DNA of 64,000 bases, taken from an uncultured Candidatus Saccharibacteria bacterium. Lineage in GTDB: Bacteria; Patescibacteriota; UBA1384; XYA2-FULL-43-10; 1-14-0-10-43-13. A program made the position numbers and the translations under genes. Of the stretch, positions 37,144-47,821 are shown piece by piece. Within the stretch, counting starts at the first letter, position 1. Each line of letters starts with the position of its first letter. The notes beneath the pieces were generated by a model. It ran no database searches and was not told where the DNA came from. It worked only from the letters and a program-made list of their open reading frames with translations. Location of the stretch: assembly GCA_964406145.1 (NCBI GenBank), contig CAYOQP010000001.1, forward strand, positions 7,706 through 71,705, written 5' to 3'.

Positions 37144-39039
37144 CTATTGATCCGCCGATAGATCTATTACATCAGAGTTGCTTGGCGTAACGAAATTATT
37201 AGCAACATCAAAGTCAGTAAGAGAAACAGAGAGAATCATCTGTATTACTGGAGAAGAAGTGGAATTAGTTACCTTAAGATCAATTTTTCGAACCAATTTA
37301 TCCTTAATTCCGATCCATGCCGTACCAGAAATACTCTGAACCGAGTCGGATGGGACCCCGAGCCCAAGAAGAGAGTCGCCTATCTCAACATTATTTATTA
37401 GATATTTATAGCATCTAACATCTCCTATTTTCTCATTACCAATCCTTGAGCCATTAGCCGAAAAACCTTTGGTGGCATCGATAGAAAAAACCTGGTCAAA
37501 AATATTTGTGTTTTTTAACTTGGGCAAAGTATATGAGAGCCATTTTCCGGACTCGGCTTTTGGATCAAATTTTATCTTATCGCTCTTAACCCAGAGGACA
37601 TCATTTTTATTCTTTAAGTTTACAGTATTGGTAGTTAAAGGCTTTTTTACAGTTATTGTTGCTTCATTGCCCGATACGCCAACGCTCGCTGTAAAAGATG
37701 TGTCGATTGATCTGGTTGTAGAGGTGTCAACATAAGCTGTTGTCGTGGCTTGATCAACATTACTAGACGTTGTCGCAGAAGAACTATTATTTAGCAAACC
37801 ATCATTGAACGTGTCTCCACCGTCAGAACCAATGGCAGTGAGAACCGCCTTAATGGGCGAATCACCAAGACGGATAAGATCCGGCATTTGACTTACAAGA
37901 GGCGTCGTCACATTGCTTTTGATTGTTTTGTCGATTTTTAGAGACATAGTGCCGGTAGCCTTGATCTCCTTATGATCATTCATTACGAGAAAGGATTGAC
38001 CAAGAGCAGTCTCGGAATTTTTTGATAAACCATTCCAGATCTTTTCAAGACCGACTGTGCCATAATATTTTTCCAGACCCAAAGAAAGATAGCCAGATTC
38101 GGTCGCCCAAATAAGACCAGCCAAAATTGTTATAAGACCAATAATTATTACTAAAACAAAAGGAAATCTTTTGATCTTTTTGGTTGATAGTGGCACTTCA
38201 GCAATCTCAGTAGACTCAGATACCTCTGGTGCCTTTTCATGTTTAAGGTTAGCAAAAAGTTGCGACAAGCCATGGCGATCATTATTACTCTGAGAATCTT
38301 TAACCGAACTGTCAATCGATTGGTTTCCGCTTTCTGGGACTACAGGATTTGTTGCTGGAGCTGGATCAGTCCCAAGATTTGGTTGTGTGACTGGAGAAGT
38401 ATTTACGGCGGGGGCCTCAACAGAAGGCGCTGGAACACTAGGCTGAATAATAGCCGAAGATAATGTCGAACCCTGAAGATTATTCGCAGGAGGATTATTT
38501 GGGATTTGTGAAGTCACGTTTGAAACAGGTTGCGATGGCGCGACAGCAGGAACAACCGGCTGAGTCGTTAATTTTGGAGCCACCGACAAAGAATCAACCG
38601 TATTATGTACTTGAGCAACAGCTGATGATGCCTGAGCCAAGGGAGGAGCTATCGGTTGTGTCGGGGCAGGAGAGGTCGTTGGCTGAGATTGTGTCTCAGA
38701 AAAACTATAATTAAAAGCCGGGTTGGTCTTCGGCTCTGGATTTGGTGTCGATACTTGAGAAACCGGAGCTGGATTTTTCGCAATAGTGTCAACTCCAGCC
38801 ATCTGACTAGCCTGGACGACAGGAGGAAAAGTCTTTGACTCTATATCACTGGGCAGATTGAAAGGTTTTACACTTTCGGGCTTTTTTTCCGCCTGATCAA
38901 TAAAACCACCAACAATCTTTGGCTTTGGTGCCGGCTCTTCAGGAAGAGGTTCATCCCAAGGGCTTCCCCCACTAGCTGGTTGATTATTAGGAACAGTAGA
39001 ATTGGTTTGTGTATTTGACACGTTATTTATATCTGGCAC
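37144..39039 (-). CDS. Large bitopic membrane protein: about 290-aa P/S/T/Q-rich disordered N-region, single TM, about 320-aa C-terminal domain of unknown function
   Basis: 631 aa. Low-complexity N-half. TM FPFVLVIIIGLITILAGLIW. C-domain has no recognised motifs. Sits in the ftsEX / ctpA envelope operon. Confidence 0.5.
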   Translation of the reverse strand: MPDINNVSNTQTNSTVPNNQPASGGSPWDEPLPEEPAPKPKIVGGFIDQAEKKPESVKPFNLPSDIESKTFPPVVQASQMAGVDTIAKNPAPVSQVSTPNPEPKTNPAFNYSFSETQSQPTTSPAPTQPIAPPLAQASSAVAQVHNTVDSLSVAPKLTTQPVVPAVAPSQPVSNVTSQIPNNPPANNLQGSTLSSAIIQPSVPAPSVEAPAVNTSPVTQPNLGTDPAPATNPVVPESGNQSIDSSVKDSQSNNDRHGLSQLFANLKHEKAPEVSESTEIAEVPLSTKKIKRFPFVLVIIIGLITILAGLIWATESGYLSLGLEKYYGTVGLEKIWNGLSKNSETALGQSFLVMNDHKEIKATGTMSLKIDKTIKSNVTTPLVSQMPDLIRLGDSPIKAVLTAIGSDGGDTFNDGLLNNSSSATTSSNVDQATTTAYVDTSTTRSIDTSFTASVGVSGNEATITVKKPLTTNTVNLKNKNDVLWVKSDKIKFDPKAESGKWLSYTLPKLKNTNIFDQVFSIDATKGFSANGSRIGNEKIGDVRCYKYLINNVEIGDSLLGLGVPSDSVQSISGTAWIGIKDKLVRKIDLKVTNSTSSPVIQMILSVSLTDFDVANNFVTPSNSDVIDLSADQ

Positions 39040-39088
39040 AGCCCCTCCTTTGATTTTTATTTTAGTTTAAAGAATTTCTATTTGCAAA

Positions 39089-40327
39089 TTAAAGACCAGT
39101 CACTATATATTGAATAGCTCGGTCGAATTGTGGATCACTATCTCCACTTTCGGCACTTTTAACTTCAATATCTGGAGTAATTCCTTCACCATTAATAGTG
39201 CGACCATTTGGTGTCAGCCATTTTGCGACCGTTATTTTGACAGCAGATCCATCAGACAGATCAACCAATTCTTGAACGCTGCCCTTGCCAAATGTCTTTT
39301 CACCGATTATCTTAGCACTCTTATGGTCCTGAAGAGCACCACTCATAATCTCTGAGGCAGAAGCGGAGCCACCATTAACTAAAATTACTGTTTTAAAGTT
39401 TTTGAGTCTTGCCTTCTTAGTAACACTAAATTCCTTCTTCTCGCCGCTGCGATCTTGTTCGGCCACAATCGTGCCACCGTCAACAAAATAGCTCGATAAA
39501 TTTATGGCTGTTTCAAAATATCCGCCCGGATCATTTCTAAGGTCGATTACTATACCATCTGGCTTAGAGCTAACAGCTTCATCAACAAATGATTCGAAAA
39601 GCTTGTCGGTGTCATCACCAAATTGTCGAACTTTAACATAAAGTATTTTTTTGCCATTGCTGGTCTTTTCTTCCCAAGTAACACTTTTAACTACAATGGT
39701 GTCTCTAATAACATCAAAATTTAAAAGATCGTCTTTGCCGGCTCTCATGATTTTAATATTAACTGTCGTCCCCTTTTTGCCCCTTATTTTGTCAATAACT
39801 TCATTGAAGCCCAGAGTTGAAGACTTAATACCTTCAACCTCAACAACAACATCTCCGGCTTTAATACCAGCTTTCTCACCAGGTGATTCGGAAAGAGGCG
39901 AAACAACGGTGACTAGACCACTCTTTTGCACTAATTCGACACCGATTCCATCAAATTCGCCCTGAATATCTTCCTTAAATCTTTTGTTGTCTTCTGGAGT
40001 AAAGAAAACAGTGTACGGATCATCCAGCGATGAAAACATGCCCGAGATAGAACCATAGATCATTTTCTGAGTATCGGGCAAAGATACTGAGTCATTCTTT
40101 AATTTATTCCATGCCTCCCAATAAAGAGAGAAGTCTAGATTACTCGGTTTACCGACCTCCGTATTGGTAACGTCTCTGAATCCAACAATACCGATGGATT
40201 TTCCCTTTTGGCCAAGATTGTAACCGAAGACAAAAGTTACGGCCAATGCAAAGACAGAAACCAGAAAAATTATAATTATTTTCGGTAATACTTTTTTAAA
40301 CACAATTAGCGATTTAGGGGCGGACAT
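39089..40327 (-). CDS. ctpA: Carboxyl-terminal processing protease (S41), membrane-anchored
   Basis: 412 aa. PDZ (GIGVEL...GDVVVEV) and S41 catalytic region ILVNGGSASASEI...KTFGKGSVQ. Confidence 0.85.
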   Translation of the reverse strand: MSAPKSLIVFKKVLPKIIIIFLVSVFALAVTFVFGYNLGQKGKSIGIVGFRDVTNTEVGKPSNLDFSLYWEAWNKLKNDSVSLPDTQKMIYGSISGMFSSLDDPYTVFFTPEDNKRFKEDIQGEFDGIGVELVQKSGLVTVVSPLSESPGEKAGIKAGDVVVEVEGIKSSTLGFNEVIDKIRGKKGTTVNIKIMRAGKDDLLNFDVIRDTIVVKSVTWEEKTSNGKKILYVKVRQFGDDTDKLFESFVDEAVSSKPDGIVIDLRNDPGGYFETAINLSSYFVDGGTIVAEQDRSGEKKEFSVTKKARLKNFKTVILVNGGSASASEIMSGALQDHKSAKIIGEKTFGKGSVQELVDLSDGSAVKITVAKWLTPNGRTINGEGITPDIEVKSAESGDSDPQFDRAIQYIVTGL

Positions 40328-40362
40328 CTACCTCCCGGTAATTAAAATTAACAATTATTTTC

Positions 40363-41634
40363 CTAATTTCTAGTAAGCTTCATTGAAATAACATTCGCAA
40401 GATCATAACTACTGTTTCTCCAATATGGATCATGAATCAGATATTTGCCATTTGATAAACCACTGATAACAATGAAGTGATTAGAGCCATCAGCGTTATA
40501 AACCGGTCCAGGAACTTTTACACTAACAATCACAGGACGACCGTTGGCAAGCTCAGTGTTAATAATGCCCCAATCCTTAGGGACAGATCCATTGACGGAA
40601 AAGCCTGGATCACTATTAAACCACAACCAGGAACCACCGGTCGTAAAAGACGATTTTCTAACAATATCGACAGGAGACGAGGTTGTACCATAATATGTTG
40701 CCACCATTGCATAAGAGGTTACCAGACATCCAACCTCTCCAATCGTCATACGCGAAGGTGAAAGATAGGTTCCGCTCCACTGACTATCTATTTGACTGTA
40801 ATACCAACTAAAATCTGGGTCAGTAATAAGTTGAGTGCCCCTTGGCCCACCGCCCGCACCAGAAGTATAGATACTGGCAATAACTTTTCTAAGCTCAGCC
40901 GCTTTTGCTTCAGCTTCAGCCGCTTGGGCATTAAGGCTACTAATCGCACCATTAGTATCAGACAAAAGATGATTTTTAAGAGTTTTCTTGTCTTCAAGAT
41001 AACTCTTTTGCTCGTTCTGAGTCTTTTTTAGATCAGAGAGAGCAGCAAGATTATTTTGTTGTTCAGTTTTTTGATTGCCCAAATCTGCTTTTATTTCTTC
41101 GATCTTATCCATCGCCCCCTTGATCTGCTGGCGAATCGATTCATAATATTGCTGTTGTGTAATAACATCAGAAATATTTTGTGAATCAATCATCGCCTCG
41201 AGTAGTCCTGTCTCCCCCTCCATATACCAAGACGAGATTACCTGACCCATACGATCTTGCTCTTTGACCAGATTGTCCTCTTCGGTTTTTATCGCTATTT
41301 CCAAATCAGCAATAGACTTTTCGGTTGTAGAAATCTGACCCTCGGTTCTAGAAATCGCATTCTCAGTAGAAGAGATGTTTTCTGTTACAGCAGTAATTTG
41401 TTGTTGTATCTGTTGAGCTTGTTGTTGTTTTAGAGCCGCTTGCTGTCTGGCCTGTTCGGCTAATCTTTTTTGATAATCAAGCTGAGCTTGATATTGAGCA
41501 GCGGTGAGAGCAAGTGCTGGCATCGCTGGCATGAAAGACAGAGAAAATATCATCGACAGGCCGATGAATGCTTTAAGGAAAAAGCTAATTTTCGCATTAT
41601 ATTTCATACTATTTAAGATGTTTCTTGACGGCAA
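40363..41634 (-). CDS. PcsB/EnvC-like coiled-coil protein with a C-terminal C39-like (papain-fold) cysteine peptidase domain
   Basis: 423 aa. Signal/TM, then about 230 aa of Q/A/E-rich coiled coil. C-terminal EVGCLVTSYAMVATYYG (C39-type Cys motif) and downstream HFIVISG...IHDP (His). Overlaps ftsX by 26 nt. Confidence 0.55.
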   Translation of the reverse strand: MPSRNILNSMKYNAKISFFLKAFIGLSMIFSLSFMPAMPALALTAAQYQAQLDYQKRLAEQARQQAALKQQQAQQIQQQITAVTENISSTENAISRTEGQISTTEKSIADLEIAIKTEEDNLVKEQDRMGQVISSWYMEGETGLLEAMIDSQNISDVITQQQYYESIRQQIKGAMDKIEEIKADLGNQKTEQQNNLAALSDLKKTQNEQKSYLEDKKTLKNHLLSDTNGAISSLNAQAAEAEAKAAELRKVIASIYTSGAGGGPRGTQLITDPDFSWYYSQIDSQWSGTYLSPSRMTIGEVGCLVTSYAMVATYYGTTSSPVDIVRKSSFTTGGSWLWFNSDPGFSVNGSVPKDWGIINTELANGRPVIVSVKVPGPVYNADGSNHFIVISGLSNGKYLIHDPYWRNSSYDLANVISMKLTRN

Positions 41635-42526
41635 AGACTGAGCAAACCGTGCCCAAAACTATGCCGATCACCAATTGACTAAAAACTATCAGTGATAAAC
41701 CAATATTGGAGTAAAAAGCTCCCTCATTGCTAATGCCAAGATAGTTTCCAGCAGCTGGCAAGGAATATCTGAAAGCAAAGAAAAGTATTATCGAAGAGAC
41801 AATTGAGGCTAGAAAACCATAAGCCACCCCTTCAAGAACAAACGGCCCCTGAACGTACGCATCAGACGCTCCGACTAGATTCATTATCTCTATCTCGTTC
41901 GATCGAGCATAGATAGTCAATCTAATCGTGTTATAAATAATAAGAATTGAGACAATGACAAATATCCCCGAAAGTGCCCAGCCAACATATTTGATGAATG
42001 AAGTAATCTTCATCAATTTATCAATACGATCTTTGTTTTTCTGATAGCTGATTTCACGAATAAGTGGCTTATAGTCGTCAGAACTCAAAAAAGTGTTAAC
42101 ACCTTCAATATCTTCGGGGTGCTCAGTCTTGATCTCCAGGCTTCTTGGTAGAGGATTGTAGACATCGGTAATTATACCTGCCAAACCTTCATCACCAACA
42201 TTTCGTTCTCGCCAACGTTTTAAAGCTTCTTCTTTGGAAATATAATCAACTTTCTTAATATCAGACCTCTCGTGCAAAACATTTTCAATCGCCAAAATCT
42301 GATCTTTAGAGGCAGTGTCATTGAAATATACCGCAATATCAACTTTGCTTCTTAATAATTCTGTCGTCGAATTTACCATAATAAGAAGACTAGCGAAAAA
42401 AGAGATAGTAAATAGTGTCAAAGTCATAACTAAGGTTGCCGCTAACGACAATCCCCTGTTTCTCCAAAGAGAGTTAGCGGCGGTTCTAGCAATTCTTGTT
42501 AAGGTTGTGAAAAATTGAAAATTCAT
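41609..42526 (-). CDS. ftsX: Cell-division ABC transporter permease FtsX
   Basis: 305 aa. N-terminal TM, large extracytoplasmic loop, and three C-terminal TMs typical of FtsX. Overlaps ftsE by 4 nt. Confidence 0.8.
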   Translation of the reverse strand: MNFQFFTTLTRIARTAANSLWRNRGLSLAATLVMTLTLFTISFFASLLIMVNSTTELLRSKVDIAVYFNDTASKDQILAIENVLHERSDIKKVDYISKEEALKRWRERNVGDEGLAGIITDVYNPLPRSLEIKTEHPEDIEGVNTFLSSDDYKPLIREISYQKNKDRIDKLMKITSFIKYVGWALSGIFVIVSILIIYNTIRLTIYARSNEIEIMNLVGASDAYVQGPFVLEGVAYGFLASIVSSIILFFAFRYSLPAAGNYLGISNEGAFYSNIGLSLIVFSQLVIGIVLGTVCSVFAVKKHLK

Positions 42527-43326
42527 AGCGTATACTTGCCTTTCAATTGATCAGAGACAATTTTTCCATCTTTCATGCTGATAACTCGACGTTGAAGCGT
42601 GTCGACAACTTCCTTATCGTGGGTTGCTAAAATTACTATCGTACCCTGCTTATTGATCTTGAAAAGTAGCTCGATAATTTCCCAGGTCGAAACCGGATCA
42701 AGATTTCCCGTCGGCTCGTCAGCTATTAAAAGCTTGGGGTTGTGGACCAGCGCTCTGGCAATAGAAACACGCTGTTTCTCGCCGCCAGATAGTTCCTCGG
42801 TAAAGGCAAAGGCTCGACTGGTAAGGCCAACAAGATCAATAATTTTGGGTACCTTGTCTTTGATTTCGCTGTTTGTGGCATCACATACCTCGAGGGCAAA
42901 TGCAATGTTCTCGTAAACGGTCTTTCTGGGGAGAAGTTTGAAATCTTGGAAGATGACACCGACCTTACGACGAAAGAATGGCAGCTCTTTCTTTTTGAGC
43001 TGAGATATATTCCTACCGGCAACTAAAATTTTGCCCGAAGTCGGACTTTCTTCGCATGTTAGAAGCTTGACTAAAGTAGATTTCCCGGCCCCAGATGGGC
43101 CAACAAGAGAAATAAATTCACCAATCGAAACATTGAAAGAAACATCGTGCACAGCTTCGACAGCAGCAGAATATTTCTTAGAGACTTCTTTAAATTCAAT
43201 CACAATATCGGAAGAGGAATCCTTTTCGTCCTCCTTTTTTTCCGTTTTGACATTATCCTCTGCTATTTCCGGTTCAATGTGCTCGGAATCTTTTTTGTTT
43301 TTGTCTTTTAACTCTATATCACTCAT
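42523..43326 (-). CDS. ftsE: Cell-division ATP-binding protein FtsE, with an acidic/Lys-rich N-terminal extension of about 40 aa
   Basis: 267 aa. Walker A GPSGAGKST, LSGGEKQRVSIARAL, and the FtsE-typical LIADEPTGNLD. Confidence 0.85.
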   Translation of the reverse strand: MSDIELKDKNKKDSEHIEPEIAEDNVKTEKKEDEKDSSSDIVIEFKEVSKKYSAAVEAVHDVSFNVSIGEFISLVGPSGAGKSTLVKLLTCEESPTSGKILVAGRNISQLKKKELPFFRRKVGVIFQDFKLLPRKTVYENIAFALEVCDATNSEIKDKVPKIIDLVGLTSRAFAFTEELSGGEKQRVSIARALVHNPKLLIADEPTGNLDPVSTWEIIELLFKINKQGTIVILATHDKEVVDTLQRRVISMKDGKIVSDQLKGKYTL

Positions 43327-43379
43327 CTTTTTTTATAAGCACCAATTAAAAACATTGTCTAAACTTGGACTATTATATT

Positions 43380-44939
43380 TTATATCATTGCCACCGTTAA
43401 ATCCATCCCGGTCATCTCCGCTGATTTCTCCAAACCAAGATTAGCCAGCACCGACGGAGCTACATCAGCTAGAACTCCAATCGGAGTTCCAATCGCATAT
43501 TGAATATAATCAGCTTGAGCCAAAGCAGTTTCGGTAAACTGATAAGGCTTTTTTTCAAAATCCAAAAAAACAAAGGGTACAGGATTACAGGTGTGTTCTT
43601 TGTTTGGCTCACCTGAATCATCTATCATATATTCGCAGTTTCCATGATCTGCAGTCAGAATTACCTTGTAAGCTTTTTCTGAAGCGATAGGCAAAATCTC
43701 CGCTAAACAGCTATCGAGAGCTTCGCAAGCCTTAATTGCCGATTCTAAAACTCCAGTATGGCCAACCATGTCACCATTAGCAAAATTAACCACTATAAAA
43801 TTAACCTCTTTATTAATCGCACCGATGACTTCCTTTGTCACCTGAGGCGCTGACATTTCTGGAATCTTGTCATAAGTTGGCGACTTTCTCGACGGCACGA
43901 CTATATCTTTTTCGCCTGGGAATAATTCTTCCCGTCCTGCTTTGAAGAAATAAGTCACATGAGCGTATTTCTCAGTCTCAGCGGTGTGTAATTGGGTCAT
44001 ATTCTTATTTGATACAATTTCAGAAAGAGTATTTTTGGCTTCTGTGGGCTCAAATATCACTAATGCTTTTTGCCCTTTTTCATACTCTGTCATCGTTGCA
44101 ATTGTCAAATTATCCGGGATCTTAGAATTCATCGCCCCAGTAAAAAGAGATAGCATCTGACGCGAGCGATCACTTCGATGATTGAAAAATATAACACTAT
44201 CGTTCTCTTTGACTACACCACCTTCACCAATAACTGATGGCTCAATATTTTCATCATTCTTGCCATTTTTATAATTAGCCTGAAGCGCCGCTTTGGCATC
44301 TGGATACTTTTCTCCAACATTTTCGACAAATAGATCGAAGGCTTTCTTTTCTCTGTCCCAGTTCTTATCACGATCCATTGAAAAATATCTTCCTATCATC
44401 GTGGCAATTTTGCCGATACCAAACTTCTTGAAAGCTGCCTCTAATTGATCGACGAAACCCTCTGCTACTTGCGCCCCAGTGTCACGGCCATCAGAAATAA
44501 AGTGGATATAAACATTCTTAACATTGTTCTTTGCTGCTGCCTCGATTAAGGCAAAAACGTGACGTATGTGCGAATGAACTCCACCATCAGAAATAAGGCC
44601 AATTAAGTGAAGATTGGAATCATTCTTTTTAGTTTTTTCAAATAGTTCAACAAGCGCCTTTTTATTGGCAAAGTCTCCAGATTGAATTGATTGATCAATC
44701 AGGGGTAAATTTTCCCAAATAACTCTGCCCGATCCTAAGCTCAAATGACCAACCTCTGAGTTGCCCGGTTCGCCTTCGCTCAAACCAACCTCTAAACCAG
44801 AGGCGGTGATGGAAGTTTTGGGGTAATTGGAATAGACAAAATCTAACGTTGGAGTCTTGGCCAAAAGTGGAGCATTACCTTTCTCCTGTCCAGACAACCC
44901 AATACCGTCAAGTATCACAAGTAAAACCTTATTAGACAC
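43380..44939 (-). CDS. gpmI: 2,3-bisphosphoglycerate-independent phosphoglycerate mutase
   Basis: 519 aa. N-terminal LVILDGIG, and iPGM phosphatase and transferase domains. Confidence 0.95.
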   Translation of the reverse strand: MSNKVLLVILDGIGLSGQEKGNAPLLAKTPTLDFVYSNYPKTSITASGLEVGLSEGEPGNSEVGHLSLGSGRVIWENLPLIDQSIQSGDFANKKALVELFEKTKKNDSNLHLIGLISDGGVHSHIRHVFALIEAAAKNNVKNVYIHFISDGRDTGAQVAEGFVDQLEAAFKKFGIGKIATMIGRYFSMDRDKNWDREKKAFDLFVENVGEKYPDAKAALQANYKNGKNDENIEPSVIGEGGVVKENDSVIFFNHRSDRSRQMLSLFTGAMNSKIPDNLTIATMTEYEKGQKALVIFEPTEAKNTLSEIVSNKNMTQLHTAETEKYAHVTYFFKAGREELFPGEKDIVVPSRKSPTYDKIPEMSAPQVTKEVIGAINKEVNFIVVNFANGDMVGHTGVLESAIKACEALDSCLAEILPIASEKAYKVILTADHGNCEYMIDDSGEPNKEHTCNPVPFVFLDFEKKPYQFTETALAQADYIQYAIGTPIGVLADVAPSVLANLGLEKSAEMTGMDLTVAMI

Positions 44940-45019
44940 TTTTCCTCCGACATTAAAAGTTTCTTCTATTATACCATTGCAACAAAGAGTTCAAAATACA
45001 CAAACAAAACAAGAGATGT

Positions 45020-47731
45020 TTATTTACCGCAACATTTCTTATATTTCTTGCCACTACCACACGGGCAAGGATCGTTGCGGCCAACTTTTGGAGATGATTT
45101 GACTTGTGAGGCAACTCCGGTTCGAGATTCTTTCATACGATCAAATACTGTCTTGCCGCGCTCAACCACCGTAACACTCTCGGTGCCTGGATGAATTTTA
45201 TTAGACTCAGCCAACATTTTTTGTTCGACAGCCAATTGTTCCTTTTGGCTTTCGAAGCTACCAACTGAGTCAGCGTCCGGCTTAGAATAATCGACTGTTT
45301 GAGGCTTTTGCACCGGAGTTTGTCTAGCAATTTCGACCTCAACCTTGTAAATCGTTCTAACGATATTGGCTTCAATATTTTTAAGCAAACTTTCAAACAT
45401 CTTGTAAGCTTCGTGTTTGTATTCAACCAAAGGATCTCTCTGACCATATCCGCGAAGCCCAATACCGGCACGAAGCTCATCAATGGTTGTCAGGTGCTCA
45501 ATCCAAAGCATATCGATCGTTCTCAAATAAACCATCTTTTCAGCTTGACGCATAACTTTGGACGAATATTTTTTCTCACGATCTTCGTAAATCTTTTTAG
45601 CTAATTCTTTGGCCGAATCGGCATCATCAATCTTCTGACCAAAATCACCTAAAATAGCCTTGAGCTCGATATTTATCTTTTCTAGGTCTTCCTGATATAC
45701 CAAGAAAATATTGTCGATATCTTCCTCAATCATCGCCAGGATTTCTTCTTTGAGATTAGAGTCACCGATATTTCCGTCCTCAGTCATCTCTAATATGCGA
45801 CGTCGTTTGCGATAAATAACCTCTCGATGTTTATTCATTACATCGTCGTATTCAACTAAATGTTTTCTGGTATCAAAGTTATATCCCTCTACTCGTCTCT
45901 GAGCCGATTCGATGGATCTGGAAATCATTTTGTTCTCTATTGGCATATCATCTGGCAACCCCAAAGAATTCATTAGATTTCTAAGTCTTTCGCCGCCGAA
46001 TATTCTCATTAAATCGTCATCCAAAGAGACAAAGAATTGAGACGCACCCGGATCACCCTGGCGACCGGCTCGACCACGAAGCTGATTATCAATTCTTCTG
46101 GCTTCGTGCCTCTCAGTGCCCAAAACAAACAACCCACCAAGTCCTCTAACCTTGTCATCGAGTCGAATATCAGTTCCGCGACCAGCCATATTAGTAGCAA
46201 CAGTCACCGCACCAGTGAAGCCTGCCTTAGCGATGATCTTGGCCTCGCGCTCATGATGCTTGGCATTCAAAACCTCGTGTTTGACACCTGCCTTCTTGAG
46301 CTTTTTTGATAAAACTTCATTTTTAGAGACAGAAACAGTACCAATTAAGATCGGCTGACCCTTTTCGCTTCTCTCTTTGACTTCAGCCACAATCGCATCT
46401 AGCTTTGCCTCATCAGACTTATAAATTCTGTCTGGCAAATCGCGTCGCAGAACATTTTTATTCGTCGGAATCTCGACGACATCAAGTTTATAAATTTTAT
46501 AAAATTCCTCAGCTTCAGTCGCTGCTGTACCGGTCATACCAGCCAACTTTCGATACATTCTAAAAAGATTTTGAAAGGAAATAGTCGCTAAAGTCTGAGA
46601 TTCTTGTTTGACCTCGACGCCCTCCTTGGCCTCAATCGCCTGATGGAGCCCCTCGGAATAACGACGTCCCACCATCAATCGCCCCGTAAACTCATCAACT
46701 ATAATAATCTCTCCTTCGCGAACAACATAGTCTCGATCCTTTTTGAAAAGTGCATGCGCTTTGAGCGCCTGCTCCAGATGATGAACCATAGTAATGCCAC
46801 CGACCGCATAAATATTGTCGACATGGAGTAACTTCTCCATCTCGGCAATTCCCTGATCAGTCAAGGTCACAGCTCGATCTTTTTCGTCCAGAACATAGTC
46901 AATATCAATCTTGAGCCGTGGTACTAATGCGGCAAATTGCTGATACATAGCGCCAGATTCTTCAGCCGGAGAGGAGATGATGAGTGGGGTCCTAGCCTCA
47001 TCAATCAAAATTGAGTCAACCTCATCAACGATGGCAAAGTTTAGCTCTCTTTGCGAACATTGCTCGAGTGTCGGCGCCATATTGTCGCGAAGATAATCAA
47101 AACCGTATTCATTGTTCGTACCGTATGTAATATCACAAGCATAAGCGTCTTTTCTGGAACATGGCTCAAGATTCAATCCTTCACATTCAGAATAATGTTT
47201 GTAGTTTTCTTTCTTAACGAAGCGGAAAGTTTCCTGATTGCTCTGAATTATTCCTGTCGATAATCCCAAAAAATTAAAAACTTCACCCATGCCTTCGCCC
47301 TGATGTTTCGAAAGATAGTCATTGACCGTCACCAGATGGGCACCCCTGCCAGAAAGTGCATTTAGGTAAAGTGGCAAAGTCGCAACAATAGTTTTACCTT
47401 CACCAGTTTTCATTTCGGCAATCTTACCCTGATGTAGGACCAGTCCACCAATAAGCTGAACATCAAAATGACGCTCATTCCAAACCCTTTTCATCGCCTC
47501 TCGCACGACGGCAAATGCTTCCGGAGTGATTGATTCGATAATTGATTTTTCCTGTTCAATATCTCCACCTGCTTTGGCGATTTCCTTCTTAAAATCTGAG
47601 GTTTTTTCCCTAAGCTCAGAATCACTCAATTTTTGCAATGCCGCTTCATGACCATTAATATCGGCGACAATCTTTTCTAAAGAAGAAATGACTCGCTTAC
47701 TTGGGTTGTAGATTAAATCCAGAATACTCAT
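45020..47731 (-). CDS. secA: Preprotein translocase ATPase SecA
   Basis: 903 aa. DEAD-like motor, and a C-terminal zinc-binding CPCGSGKKYKKCCG. Confidence 0.95.
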   Translation of the reverse strand: MSILDLIYNPSKRVISSLEKIVADINGHEAALQKLSDSELREKTSDFKKEIAKAGGDIEQEKSIIESITPEAFAVVREAMKRVWNERHFDVQLIGGLVLHQGKIAEMKTGEGKTIVATLPLYLNALSGRGAHLVTVNDYLSKHQGEGMGEVFNFLGLSTGIIQSNQETFRFVKKENYKHYSECEGLNLEPCSRKDAYACDITYGTNNEYGFDYLRDNMAPTLEQCSQRELNFAIVDEVDSILIDEARTPLIISSPAEESGAMYQQFAALVPRLKIDIDYVLDEKDRAVTLTDQGIAEMEKLLHVDNIYAVGGITMVHHLEQALKAHALFKKDRDYVVREGEIIIVDEFTGRLMVGRRYSEGLHQAIEAKEGVEVKQESQTLATISFQNLFRMYRKLAGMTGTAATEAEEFYKIYKLDVVEIPTNKNVLRRDLPDRIYKSDEAKLDAIVAEVKERSEKGQPILIGTVSVSKNEVLSKKLKKAGVKHEVLNAKHHEREAKIIAKAGFTGAVTVATNMAGRGTDIRLDDKVRGLGGLFVLGTERHEARRIDNQLRGRAGRQGDPGASQFFVSLDDDLMRIFGGERLRNLMNSLGLPDDMPIENKMISRSIESAQRRVEGYNFDTRKHLVEYDDVMNKHREVIYRKRRRILEMTEDGNIGDSNLKEEILAMIEEDIDNIFLVYQEDLEKINIELKAILGDFGQKIDDADSAKELAKKIYEDREKKYSSKVMRQAEKMVYLRTIDMLWIEHLTTIDELRAGIGLRGYGQRDPLVEYKHEAYKMFESLLKNIEANIVRTIYKVEVEIARQTPVQKPQTVDYSKPDADSVGSFESQKEQLAVEQKMLAESNKIHPGTESVTVVERGKTVFDRMKESRTGVASQVKSSPKVGRNDPCPCGSGKKYKKCCGK

Positions 47732-47821
47732 ATATTTCCTAACTACAAAATAATAAGATATGTTTACTCACATCTGATATTATCATTATGCTTTTGCGAA
47801 TACAATCAATAAGAATATGGC

